A DNA stretch of 46,385 bases, taken from an uncultured Lentisphaeraceae bacterium. Lineage in GTDB: Bacteria; Verrucomicrobiota; Kiritimatiellia; RFP12; UBA1067. The DNA lies in NCBI GenBank assembly GCA_964400635.1, contig CAYNVE010000001.1:1-46385 (forward strand). The letters run 5' to 3'. The position numbers and the translations under genes are program-made. The notes under the pieces were generated by a model. It worked only from the letters and a program-made list of their open reading frames with translations, was not told the DNA's origin and did no database searches. Shown here in pieces: positions 33,026-41,744 of the stretch; within the stretch, counting starts at the first letter, position 1; the number at the start of each line of letters is the position of its first letter.

Positions 33026-34017
33026 AACGGAAAAACGAAACATTCTCGCAAGCCGTCGTCGGCCTCTTCATGGTCGTCGTTCTGTTGCTTCTTGCTTACT
33101 TCACGATCGTCATCTCGGGGGTCGATGTTCTCGCCGGGAGAAATCGTGTGCCGATTCGAATCTCGTTCACGCACGTGGGCGGACTTAAGGCGCGCGACAA
33201 CGTCATGTATCGCGGCACGAAGGTCGGCGCGGTCGATCACGTCGAGGTGACGGCGACGAACCTCGTCGTCGTCGCGCTCATCGATGACCACGTCGTCCTG
33301 CGCCAAGGCGCGCGCGCGCGCGTCGCAACGCTCTCAATGCTCGGCGGCTACTACTTGAATCTCGACGAGGGGACGGGCGAGGTGATGAACTTAAAGGAGG
33401 CCTTCATCGTCGGCGAAAAGCCGATTGACTGGATGGACGATGTCTCGAAGATCGCGCGCAATTTGAACGAGCTCACCTCGCGCGCCGAGGTCGAGACGGT
33501 CGTCACGAACTTCGCCATCATGTCCGAGAAGATGCGCGAGATTTCGACGAAGGCCGCCGAAATCATGGCGCGCATTGAGCGCGGCGAGGGGACGGTCGGG
33601 CGACTCCTCTCGTCGGACGAGACACTCTACCACGACCTCCGCCATGTCGTCGCAACGACCTCGAACGCGATGGCGCGCGCCGACCGCGCCTTCGACGGCA
33701 TCGCGACGATTGCCGACAGTTTGCGCGACGAGAAGACGCTTGAGGACATGAAGGCGGGCATCGCGGCGTTCCGCAAGGCGGCCGAGAGTCTCAACGCAGG
33801 CGAGTTCGTTGCGAGCGCAAAGACGCTCGTTGACAACTTGAACGAGATTTCCGCACGCATCAAGTCGGGCGAGGGCACACTTGGAAAACTGGCGAATGAC
33901 CCCGCCGTTTACGACGAGTTGAACGGGCTTCTGCGTGACGCGCGGCAGGTGCTCGACAACTACCGCGACACGACGCCGATCACGACCTTCTCGTCGCTCG
34001 CGACGGGCGCGCTTTAA
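33022..34017 (+). CDS. mlaD: MlaD/MCE-family substrate-binding protein, long form (331 aa)
   Basis: N-terminal TM anchor, MCE domain (GGLKARDNVMYRGTKVGAV). Long helical C-terminus with two GEGT(V/L)G(R/K)L motifs. ATGA overlap with mlaF. Start ATG 33022, not 32941. Confidence 0.85.
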   Translation: MKRKNETFSQAVVGLFMVVVLLLLAYFTIVISGVDVLAGRNRVPIRISFTHVGGLKARDNVMYRGTKVGAVDHVEVTATNLVVVALIDDHVVLRQGARARVATLSMLGGYYLNLDEGTGEVMNLKEAFIVGEKPIDWMDDVSKIARNLNELTSRAEVETVVTNFAIMSEKMREISTKAAEIMARIERGEGTVGRLLSSDETLYHDLRHVVATTSNAMARADRAFDGIATIADSLRDEKTLEDMKAGIAAFRKAAESLNAGEFVASAKTLVDNLNEISARIKSGEGTLGKLANDPAVYDELNGLLRDARQVLDNYRDTTPITTFSSLATGAL

Positions 34018-34021
34018 GGCG

Positions 34022-35407
34022 ATGACTTTCTTTCTCGCCGCCTCGCTCTTCTTGACGAACCCGTTCCCGCTCGACATGCCGCGGGCGAGTTCGTTTCTCA
34101 TTCAAGAGCACGGTGTCTCGCGTCTCGAAGACCGCTTCTCAAAAGTGGATCTCTGGGTCTCAAAGTCGGTTGACGGAAGGTGGATGGATGAGGCGGGGCG
34201 CGTCTTTATGCTCGCCCACCTCGCGACTCGGCCGCCGCGCGCAGACGATGACACGACATTGACGCGCGTTGATTTTCTATCAAGTGAGGACAAGATCGAT
34301 CGTCGCGACGAGAAGGCGGCGCGCGAGGCCATTCAGGCACTTTCGCCCATTGAGATCGCCGACGAGCCCGAGAAGCCGCGCCATCGGCTGCGCGGTTTTC
34401 GCGAGATTGAGTATTGGCAGGGGACGAACGAGAGCGCGGTCGTTTGCGCGTATCGTCTTGAGAAGGAGGAGATCTCGCGTCTCGCTGTCTGGGTGCTCGC
34501 CGAGGGCGACAAGATCGACGAGGCCGTCCGCCGCTTCGAGGAGAAGTTTCTAGAAACGGATGACGCGCGATTCTCGCTTCCGAAGGCGACGGCGGAGCAC
34601 GAGAAGTCGAACGAACGCGCCCTCCAGAAGGCGGATGTCGCGCATTCCGTCGCCGCGTACGATTTGTGGCACGTGACGGACGGCGACGACTGGGTCCTCT
34701 TGGATGCACTTTCGGGCGACCGCGATTTTGTAACCACGCTCACGAACGAGCTTTTTCTCATGCGCAAGGCGTATGCGGCGGCTGTGCCGACGTCGCTCAA
34801 TCTCTCGAACACGCTCTCCGTCCTGCGCATCTACGCATCGCGCGCGGACTATCTCGACGCGCTTTCGCTCGCGGGGCTTGATGAGATGACATGGAGCGCG
34901 GCGTATTGGAGCCCGATGCGGCGCGAGCTCGTCGCCTACTTGCCGTCGGACGGCGAGGAAAAACTGCTTGAGACGATTCGCCACGAGGCGTGGCACCAGT
35001 ATCTTTCGTATGCGTCGTCGTTCCTCGGCGTCTCGCCGTGGCTCAACGAGGGCTACGCGCAGTATTTTGAGGGCGGCGCGGACGGGCCCGCTACATTTGA
35101 GCGACTTGACTTCGCGCTCTTTGCCGACCTCGTTGAGCCGCTTCTTAAGATGGACTACGCGGCGTTCTACGCGGGGAGCGATGAGGATCGGCTTCTTAAA
35201 TACCGCCTCGCGTTTTCGCTCGTCTACTTCCTTGAGAAGGGCGCGCCGAAGGTTCGTTTCGAGCCGTTCAAGAATCTCAAGAAGGACTACTTCAACGCGC
35301 TTCTTGAGACGCGCGATATGCTTCGCGCGACCGAGGCGACATTTAAGGACGAGGCGTTCCGCAAAAAGTTCGTATCCGAATGGAAGACGTTCTGGGAGAA
35401 CCTTTAG
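34022..35407 (+). CDS. HExxH-motif protein (putative zinc metallopeptidase-like, DUF1570-like)
   Basis: Weak N-terminal hydrophobic segment MTFFLAASLFL. IRHEAWHQY (HEAWH at 34982-34996) followed by NEGYAQYFEG is a gluzincin-like arrangement. Start ATG 34022 rather than 33935. Confidence 0.6.
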   Translation: MTFFLAASLFLTNPFPLDMPRASSFLIQEHGVSRLEDRFSKVDLWVSKSVDGRWMDEAGRVFMLAHLATRPPRADDDTTLTRVDFLSSEDKIDRRDEKAAREAIQALSPIEIADEPEKPRHRLRGFREIEYWQGTNESAVVCAYRLEKEEISRLAVWVLAEGDKIDEAVRRFEEKFLETDDARFSLPKATAEHEKSNERALQKADVAHSVAAYDLWHVTDGDDWVLLDALSGDRDFVTTLTNELFLMRKAYAAAVPTSLNLSNTLSVLRIYASRADYLDALSLAGLDEMTWSAAYWSPMRRELVAYLPSDGEEKLLETIRHEAWHQYLSYASSFLGVSPWLNEGYAQYFEGGADGPATFERLDFALFADLVEPLLKMDYAAFYAGSDEDRLLKYRLAFSLVYFLEKGAPKVRFEPFKNLKKDYFNALLETRDMLRATEATFKDEAFRKKFVSEWKTFWENL

Positions 35408-36354
35408 GCTACGTCGGCCGCCTCGCGCCTTCGCCAACGGGCGCGCTCCATCTCGGCAATGTGCGCACGTTCATGATCGCCTACTTGCGCGCGCGCGCGG
35501 CGGGTGGGCGCGTCATCATGCGCATGGAAGATCTCGACCACCCGAAAGACAAGAAGGGCGCGGCCGAGGCGGCGATTGAAGATTTAACCTGGCTCGGTTT
35601 TGATTGGGACGAGGAATACGTCCAGTCGGCGCGAAAGGAGATCTACAAGGACGCGCTCGACTTTCTCGTGCGTTTAGGCCGCGTCTATCCGTGCGTCTGC
35701 TCGCGCCGCGATGTTGAGGCCGCGCAGTCCGCGCCGCACGCGGGTGAGCAACTCTTCTATCCTGGGACGTGCCGCGGCCGCTTCGCGAGTTGGCGCGAGG
35801 CGGCGGATGCCGTCGCGCCGCGCACGCCGTGTTGGCGTTTTAGGGTTGATCCGTCCGCCGTCGTCTCGTTTGAGGACGCTTTCTGTGGTGTCTTTTCGCA
35901 AGATGTCGCCACGACGCTCGGCGACTTTCCGCTCGCGCGCGACGAGGGCGGCGCGGGCTACACGCTTGCCGCGACCGTGGATGATCTTTTGATGGGCGTC
36001 ACTGAGGTCGTGCGCGGGGATGACTTGCTCGCCGCGACGCCTGCGCAGATTTTGCTTGCCGAATCTCTCGCGCCCTATCTTCGCGCGCGTTATTCGCTTT
36101 CGCGTGCGCCGCTTCGCTACTGCCACGTGCCGCTCGTCGTGGGCGCGGACGGACGGCGGCTCGCGAAGCGGCATGGAGACACGCGCATTTCGGCCTATCG
36201 CGCGGCGGGCGTGACGCCGGAGGCGATCCTCGGCCGACTCGCGGCGACGTGCGGCTGGGCGAAGGAAGGGGAGTGTCTTCGCCTCGCCGACCTCCTCCCG
36301 CGCTTCACGCTCGCGACCATCCCCCACGCGCCTTGTTTTGTAAACAGGGTCTGA
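35380..36354 (+). CDS. gluQ: glutamyl-Q tRNA(Asp) synthetase (GluRS catalytic-domain paralogue)
   Basis: GRLAPSPTGALHLGN (HIGH-type), MRMEDLD, RLAKRHG (KMSK-type). ~320 aa with no anticodon-binding domain. Overlaps the upstream gene by 28 nt. Confidence 0.85.
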   Translation: MEDVLGEPLGYVGRLAPSPTGALHLGNVRTFMIAYLRARAAGGRVIMRMEDLDHPKDKKGAAEAAIEDLTWLGFDWDEEYVQSARKEIYKDALDFLVRLGRVYPCVCSRRDVEAAQSAPHAGEQLFYPGTCRGRFASWREAADAVAPRTPCWRFRVDPSAVVSFEDAFCGVFSQDVATTLGDFPLARDEGGAGYTLAATVDDLLMGVTEVVRGDDLLAATPAQILLAESLAPYLRARYSLSRAPLRYCHVPLVVGADGRRLAKRHGDTRISAYRAAGVTPEAILGRLAATCGWAKEGECLRLADLLPRFTLATIPHAPCFVNRV

Positions 36355-36376
36355 CCTCCAACAGGTTTCGAGTCGA

Positions 36377-36406
36377 TTGATTTTGAAACGTGCGATTTGG
36401 TATAAT
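36377..36406 (+). promoter_or_regulatory. sigma70-type promoter TTGATT-18-(TGG)TATAAT for the GH2 gene
   Basis: -35 at 36377-36382, TGG at 36398-36400, TATAAT at 36401-36406. ATG 36415 is 8 nt after the -10, so the mRNA is leaderless. Confidence 0.65.
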
Positions 36407-36414
36407 GAGTGACT

Positions 36415-39400
36415 ATGAATATCGCACTTCTCTTGGCGGCTTTTCTGCCGGCTGCACCCACGGGCACGGAATGGCAAGATAACCAGAACCTCTCCCTTGG
36501 CAAGGAGCCGATGCGTGCGGCGTTCTCGTCGTTCAAGACGGAGGAGAGCGCGCTGAAGATTCTCCCCGAGTTTTCGGAGCGCACGCGCTCGCTCGACTCG
36601 GAGACGGCGTGGAAGTTCAACTGGTCGAAGGACCCCGCCTCGCGCCCCGTCGATTTCTACAAGCCCGATTACGATGTCTCGTCGTGGCCGTCCATCAAGG
36701 TTCCCTGCTCGTGGCAGGCGATGGGCGCGAACGGTAAGGGCGGCTGGGGTACGGCTCTCTACACGAACGTCCGCTATCCGTTCCAGAAGGATGTCCCTGG
36801 CGGCTCGGAGGTCATGAAGACACCGCCCGAGAATTACACCGCCTTCGCGGCGCGCAACCCCGTTGGCTCCTACCGCCGCGATGTCGAGATTTCGCGCGAA
36901 TGGATTGAGGCGGGTGACATCTTTCTGAAGTTCGACGGCGTTGATTCGTTCTACTACCTTTGGGTCAACGGCACGTATGTCGGCTTCTCAAAGGACAGCC
37001 GTTCGCCGTCCGAGTTCAATGTGACGCCGTTCGTGAAGGAAGGTCAGAACACAATCGCCCTTGAGGTCTACCGCTACAGCGACGGTTCCTACCTTGAGGA
37101 TCAGGACATGTTCCGTCTCTCGGGTATCTTCCGCCGCACATGGCTCCTCTCGCGCCCGACCTCGCGCATCCGCGACTTCCGCGTCACGGCCGAGCCGGTC
37201 GAGAAGGGCGTTTATACGGGCGATTGGAAGATGAAGGTTGCCTTCAAGGCCGACGGCAATGTGGATGTGAAACTCTTCACCTTCGACGGCCAGCGCGTCA
37301 CGCTTGAGAAGGGCGCGATGGTTGAGAAAGGCGTCTTCACTTGCACGGCGAAGGACGTGAAGCCTTGGAGTGCCGAAGAGCCGAATTGCTACAAGATTGT
37401 CCTCTCGAATGGTCGCGAGTTCGTCTCGAGCCTCTTCGGCTTCCGCGTGAGCGAAATGCGCGCCGTCGGCGGCGTGACGCGCTACTTCCTCAACGGCCAG
37501 CCCATCAAACTCAAAGGCGCGAACCGCCACGAGTCCGACCCGCGCTTCGGTCACTTCGTCCCGATGTGCCGCCACGAGCAGGACATCGACCAGATGAAGG
37601 GCGCGAACTGCAACACCGTGCGCAACGCCCACTACCCGCAGGACGATTATTGGTACTACCTCTGCGACACGAAGGGCCTCTACGTCGTTGATGAGGCAAA
37701 CGTTGAGTCGCACGGCTACGGCTACGGCGAGCAGTCGCTCTCGCACCAAAAGAGTTGGGAAAAAGCGACGGTCGATCGCAACCTCTCGATGATCGCGCGC
37801 AACTTCAACCATCCGTCGATCGTCATTTGGTCGTACGGCAACGAGGCGGGCCCGGGCGAGAACTTCCGCGCCGTCCAGACGGCCGTCAAGGCGGCGGACA
37901 CGACGCGCCCGACGCACTACGAGCGCGACTGGTCGGTCGCCGACATGGACGGCTGCCAGTATCCATCTGTCGATTGGTGTTGGTGGAAGGCCGCGCAGAC
38001 TTCGTCAGCGAAGCCGTTCTATATCTCCGAATACGCGCACAACATGGCCAACGCGATGGGGAACCTGAAGGATTATCAGGACGCGATTGAGTCATCCGAC
38101 GTCATCCTCGGCGCGACGATTTGGGATTGGGTTGATCAGGGTCTCTACCTCGACAAGAACGGTACGCGCATTCTCGCCTTCGGCGGTGACTTCGGCGACG
38201 CGCCGACGGACGGGCTCTTTTGCATGAACGGCTGCATCCTCTCGGATCGCACGCCCGAGCCGTGCTACGGCGAGATTCGCCACGTCTACCAGAACTGGTC
38301 GGCGAAGGCGACGAACGATTTCGCGAAGGTCGTTCTGAAGAACAAGAACTACTTCGTGGATGCGACGGGCGTTGACTGCGCGTGGCAGCTCTTCCGCGAC
38401 GGGACGCCCTACGCGGCGGGTGCGTTCGCGCTAGACGGGCTGAAGCCTCTCAAGGAGGCCGTCTATCCGATGCCGGCGGTTGTTCGTGAGGCGCGTGAGA
38501 AAGGCGGCGTCATCGCGTTGCGCGTCATGTTCCAGAAGGCGGGCGAGACAATCGCCGACGACCAGATCGACTTCCCGGTCGAGAAGATGGCGACGCACGT
38601 CGTCGCGGACGGCGCGGTGACGGTTCAGGAGGACGAGAAGCGCGTCGCCTTCACGACGAAGAAGTCAATCGTCTCGTTCTGCAAGAAGACGGGCATGCCA
38701 TTCTCGATTCTGAAGCGCGGCCTTCTCGGTTGGACAACGGAACTTCTGAAGTCGCCGATGCGCCTCGACGCCTACCGTACGCCGTCCTCGAATGAGGAGG
38801 GTCTCGGCGGGAGTCTCGCGGCGCAGGGTCTCATTGAGCCAGAGGCGACGTGCCTCGCGTTTGAGCACGAGGCTCTCTCGAACGGCGCGCAGCGCGTGAC
38901 GACGCTCGTTGAGTGGAAGGGGAAGAAGGCCTACCGCATCTCGGGGCGCGGACACGCGAAGATCACGATTGACGAAACCGACGCGCCGCTTCGCCCCATG
39001 ACGTTTGTCGTCGCGACGGAGTGGATCGTCGGCGCGGACGGCACGCTTGACTGCACGGCGAAGATTCGCCCCATGGGGCGGAAGATGGATCTCATGCGCC
39101 TCGGCTTCTCGTACGAGATGGCGCTCGAAGATCCCGTCGTTCGCTGGCTGGGGCGCGGGCCGTTTGAGAATTACCGCGACCGCAAGTCGGGCGCGTTCGT
39201 CGGCCTTTGGGAGTCGACAGCGAACGGGTTCTTCTTCCCCTACGCGCGTAACGAAGATAGTGGCAACCGCGAGGATACCTACGGCTTCTCGGTCGGGCCG
39301 CTTGCGGTGCGTACGCTCTTAAAGCCGTTCGCCTTTGAGGTGAACCCGTATACGCCGTTCGAGCTCTTAAAGACGATCCACCCGGCGGAGCTCAAGGCAT

Positions 39401-40020
39401 CGGACAAGACGTTCGTCGGTATTTTCGCCGAGACGCGCGGCTTGGGCGGGCAGAGCTGCGGGCCGGCCCCGATGGCACGCGATATCATCCGTAGCGACCG
39501 CGACTACGACCTTCGGTTCTCGATGTCGTTTAAGACGGGCGACCTCTCGCCGATGACGACCGCCGCCGAGCCGCGCCTGCCCGCGTTGCCCGAGGTCTCA
39601 AATGAGGCGAATGCGAAGGTTGTCGCCTGCTCGTCAAGCGAAGTCGGCGAGGGCAACCCCGAGCATGTTCTCGATGGTGACCTCTCAACGATTTGGCACT
39701 CGCAGTACACGGGCACGCAAGGGAACTTCCCGCATCAGCTTACAATTGAACTCGCGAAGGTCGAGACGCTTAAAGGCGTGCGCTTCTACAGCCGTCGCAA
39801 TGGCGGCGTCAATGGGCGCGTGAAGGACTTCACCCTTGAGACGTCGATGGACGGCAAGACGTGGTCCACGCCGCTCAAGGCCTCGCTTCGGAACACGGAA
39901 GACGCGCAGGATGTCTTCTTTGAAAAGCCCGTCGAGGCGAAGTTCTACCGCTTTACTGCGCTCAACAACCACTACGGCAACGACTACGGGTCGATGGCCG
40001 AAATCGAGATCATCAAGTGA
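36415..40020 (+). CDS. glycoside hydrolase family 2 beta-galactosidase with C-terminal F5/8 type C (discoidin/CBM32-like) domain
   Basis: VRNAHYPQDDYWYYLCDTKGLYVVDEANVESHG, WSYGNEAG (acid/base Glu), ISEYAHNMANAMG (nucleophile Glu). C-terminal EHVLDGDLSTIWHSQY...VKDFTLETSMDGKTW. Short hydrophobic N-terminus. Confidence 0.92.
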   Translation: MNIALLLAAFLPAAPTGTEWQDNQNLSLGKEPMRAAFSSFKTEESALKILPEFSERTRSLDSETAWKFNWSKDPASRPVDFYKPDYDVSSWPSIKVPCSWQAMGANGKGGWGTALYTNVRYPFQKDVPGGSEVMKTPPENYTAFAARNPVGSYRRDVEISREWIEAGDIFLKFDGVDSFYYLWVNGTYVGFSKDSRSPSEFNVTPFVKEGQNTIALEVYRYSDGSYLEDQDMFRLSGIFRRTWLLSRPTSRIRDFRVTAEPVEKGVYTGDWKMKVAFKADGNVDVKLFTFDGQRVTLEKGAMVEKGVFTCTAKDVKPWSAEEPNCYKIVLSNGREFVSSLFGFRVSEMRAVGGVTRYFLNGQPIKLKGANRHESDPRFGHFVPMCRHEQDIDQMKGANCNTVRNAHYPQDDYWYYLCDTKGLYVVDEANVESHGYGYGEQSLSHQKSWEKATVDRNLSMIARNFNHPSIVIWSYGNEAGPGENFRAVQTAVKAADTTRPTHYERDWSVADMDGCQYPSVDWCWWKAAQTSSAKPFYISEYAHNMANAMGNLKDYQDAIESSDVILGATIWDWVDQGLYLDKNGTRILAFGGDFGDAPTDGLFCMNGCILSDRTPEPCYGEIRHVYQNWSAKATNDFAKVVLKNKNYFVDATGVDCAWQLFRDGTPYAAGAFALDGLKPLKEAVYPMPAVVREAREKGGVIALRVMFQKAGETIADDQIDFPVEKMATHVVADGAVTVQEDEKRVAFTTKKSIVSFCKKTGMPFSILKRGLLGWTTELLKSPMRLDAYRTPSSNEEGLGGSLAAQGLIEPEATCLAFEHEALSNGAQRVTTLVEWKGKKAYRISGRGHAKITIDETDAPLRPMTFVVATEWIVGADGTLDCTAKIRPMGRKMDLMRLGFSYEMALEDPVVRWLGRGPFENYRDRKSGAFVGLWESTANGFFFPYARNEDSGNREDTYGFSVGPLAVRTLLKPFAFEVNPYTPFELLKTIHPAELKASDKTFVGIFAETRGLGGQSCGPAPMARDIIRSDRDYDLRFSMSFKTGDLSPMTTAAEPRLPALPEVSNEANAKVVACSSSEVGEGNPEHVLDGDLSTIWHSQYTGTQGNFPHQLTIELAKVETLKGVRFYSRRNGGVNGRVKDFTLETSMDGKTWSTPLKASLRNTEDAQDVFFEKPVEAKFYRFTALNNHYGNDYGSMAEIEIIK

Positions 40021-41744
40021 ACGAAGAAGAATCGTCAACAAGCCGGCATTTTCTCCGGCAATGGATTGAAAAGGACGTCGCCGAGGGGCGCACGGGCGGC
40101 AAGGTCGTCACGCGCTTCCCGCCCGAGCCCAATGGCTACATTCACATCGGCCACGCCAAGGCCGTTTGCGTGGACTTCGGCATGGCCGAACTTTTCGGTG
40201 GCGAGTGCCACCTGCGCCTCGACGATACGAACCCGACGAAAGAGTCGGACGAGTATGCCGAGAACATCAAGCGCGATATCCGTTGGCTCGGTTTTCAGTG
40301 GCAGGGCGAGGGCGACGCGCTCGAGCGGGGTTTCTACAACGCCTCGAACATGTTCGACACGATGTATGCGATCGCCGAGGAATTGATCCGCCGCGGCCAG
40401 GCCTACTGTTGTAATCTGACGCAAGAGGAATGGAAGGCCTATCGCGGCGTCCCCGAGAAGCCCGGCACGCCCTCGCCCTCGCGCGATACCGATCCTGAGC
40501 GCAATCTCAAAATCTTCCACGAGATGCGCGACGGCAAGTATGCGGATGGCGAATGGTGCCTTCGCGCGAAGATTGATATGGCCTCGCCGAACATCCACTT
40601 CCGCGATCCCGTCCTCTATCGCATCCGCCATGTCTCGCACTACCACCTCGGCGACACGTGGTGCATTTATCCGATGTACGACTTCGCGCATCCGATCGAG
40701 GACGCGCTTGAAGGTGTTACACACTCAATGTGCACGCTTGAGTTTGAAGTGCATCGTCCGCTCTACGATTGGGTCGTCGATCGCATGGACGAGCAGGGTC
40801 TTTTGCCGGTTCGCAACGGTGTCAAGATTCGCACACAGCAGCGCGAGTTTGCGCGCCTCAACTTGACCTACACCGTTATGTCGAAGCGTCTCCTTCTCCA
40901 GATGGTGCAGGAAAAGCGCGTGAGCGGCTGGGACGATCCGCGCATGCCGACCGTGTGCGGGATGCGCCGTCGCGGCTACACGCCGGGCGCGATTCGCGAG
41001 TTCTGTGAGCGTATTGGTGTCTCGAAGGTCGAGAGTGAGAGCGATCCTGCGCTCCTTGAGTGGTGCGTGCGCGAGGAGCTCAATCAAACGGCGGCGCGCC
41101 GCATGGCGGTTCTTGACCCCGTGAAAGTCGTGATCGACAACTGGTCGGGCGCGGCACGCGATGTTGAGCTTCCCAACAACCCGCTCGACGAGAAGGCGGG
41201 TGTCCGCACGATTCCGTTCGGGCGCGAGATCTGGATCGACCGCGCCGACTTCATGGAAGTGCCCGAGAAGAAGTTCTTCCGCATGGCACCGGGGCAAGAG
41301 GTTCGCCTGCGCGGCGCGTGCATTTTTAAGTGCACGGGTTGCGAGAAGGACTCGGAGGGCCGCGTCGTCGAGATCCACGGCACGTGGGACGAGAACTCGT
41401 GGGGCGGCAACGCGGCGGACGGTCGCAAGGTGAAGGGGACGATCCACTGGGTTGACTGCGCGAGCGGACTCAAGGCCGAGGTGCGCGTCTACGACCGTCT
41501 CTTCACCGAGAAGGATCCGCTTAAAGACGGCAGCGAGAACTTCCTCAAATACCTGAACGCCGACTCTCTCCACGTCCTCTCGGCTTATGTTGAGCCGACG
41601 CTGGGGCGCGCGACGGCGGGCGAGCATTTCCAGTTCGAGCGCACGGGCTACTTCGTCGCCGACGAAAAGGACTTTGCTCAAGGTCGCCTCGTCTTCAATC
41701 GGACGTGCGCGCTTAAAGACTCGTACAAGCCCGCCGCGACGTGA
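40017..41744 (+). CDS. glnS: glutaminyl-tRNA synthetase
   Basis: TRFPPEPNGYIHIGHAKA (HIGH), DDTNP, LTYTVMSKR (KMSK). GTG start in a GTGA overlap with the GH2 stop. Confidence 0.95.
   Translation: MNEEESSTSRHFLRQWIEKDVAEGRTGGKVVTRFPPEPNGYIHIGHAKAVCVDFGMAELFGGECHLRLDDTNPTKESDEYAENIKRDIRWLGFQWQGEGDALERGFYNASNMFDTMYAIAEELIRRGQAYCCNLTQEEWKAYRGVPEKPGTPSPSRDTDPERNLKIFHEMRDGKYADGEWCLRAKIDMASPNIHFRDPVLYRIRHVSHYHLGDTWCIYPMYDFAHPIEDALEGVTHSMCTLEFEVHRPLYDWVVDRMDEQGLLPVRNGVKIRTQQREFARLNLTYTVMSKRLLLQMVQEKRVSGWDDPRMPTVCGMRRRGYTPGAIREFCERIGVSKVESESDPALLEWCVREELNQTAARRMAVLDPVKVVIDNWSGAARDVELPNNPLDEKAGVRTIPFGREIWIDRADFMEVPEKKFFRMAPGQEVRLRGACIFKCTGCEKDSEGRVVEIHGTWDENSWGGNAADGRKVKGTIHWVDCASGLKAEVRVYDRLFTEKDPLKDGSENFLKYLNADSLHVLSAYVEPTLGRATAGEHFQFERTGYFVADEKDFAQGRLVFNRTCALKDSYKPAAT

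Noticed and set aside
33308-33322. Alternating (GC)n run of about 15 nt
   Set aside because: It lies within mlaD coding sequence (Ala-Arg codons). In this GC-rich genome it is trivial, with no evidence of function.
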